Shown: positions 63,423 to 64,000 of the stretch, one piece after another
How positions within the stretch are numbered: position 1 is the stretch's first letter
Layout: every line of letters starts with the position of its first letter
NCBI RefSeq assembly: GCF_008831285.2
Contig: NC_045138.2
Span: 13,330,001 to 13,394,000, forward strand
Length of the DNA: 64,000 nucleotides
Origin: Nymphaea colorata
Lineage: Eukaryota
Direction of reading: 5' to 3'
Made by a program: the position numbers and the translations under genes
Notes under the pieces: generated by a model
The model's input: only the letters and a program-made list of their open reading frames with translations
What the model was told of the DNA's origin: nothing
Databases searched by the model: none

Positions 63423-64000
63423 GGGGGTGGGGTTGGTGTCGGAGGGTCTTCCGAATGCATACACAGAGGTTGGTGAGACCCGTGGGGTTGGGTGTGGAAG
63501 CTGGAGAGATCCAAATGAAAGGTGTAGTTGTAGTGGTTGGTGGGACGTGACGCCACATTGTCCCTTTTGAAAATTCAACCTTCTACAGCACACACTGACA
63601 CGGGCGACCTGATGAGACCGACCCGATCCTGTGGGGTTTGTGGCTGCTGGGGAGGTGAGCGTCGCCATGGTCAATCGCTGTTTCCCTGTACCTTCCTTCC
63701 GCCATGTCCATCTTTAGTTTATAGTGTTGCTTTACTCTGTACATCGGGAGAAAAAGACCCCATTACGTTCTTTCTGAGAGCGCCCCCACACGCGGTCCCC
63801 ATGTTTGACTGCCCCTCTTTTTATTCATTTCTCTTTCTTCTTTTCCTTCTTCTGGGAGAAAACGGAGGAAATTTCGTTGATACCGGCCGGCGACGACAAG
63901 GCACCATCCAGAGTATACTTGTCATACAATTAAAAACTGTATTGTATACAACAAGATCTAGTACGCATCCTAATATATAGGAGCCGCCAAGCAGTTCCAT

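Overview
Gene-rich angiosperm nuclear DNA with GT-AG introns, GC-rich first exons and microsatellites; the species cannot be fixed from sequence alone. The genes, in order, are: the 3' half of VPS33 (+); an OTU deubiquitinase (-) with a 1-nt frameshift in exon 1; TIC100/EMB1211 (+); an intact 18-exon ROS1/DEMETER 5-methylcytosine DNA glycosylase (+, about 1746 aa); a NAT12-like nucleobase-ascorbate transporter (+); and an intronless arogenate dehydratase (+). The most striking feature is a tandem duplicate of the ~18 kb ROS1/DME unit (25233-43535), reduced by many deletions to ~7 kb (43590-50717). The copy keeps ~2 kb of upstream/leader sequence almost intact and has lost all catalytic exons. 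It ends in an inverted repeat with arms of about 390-430 bp (48239-49129) whose outer stem is ROS1 exon-4 sequence. This is a candidate hairpin-RNA/proto-miRNA locus aimed at the neighbouring DNA demethylase, which would make it a possible methylation feedback circuit. All gene models and alignments were derived by eye, and nothing here shows expression.
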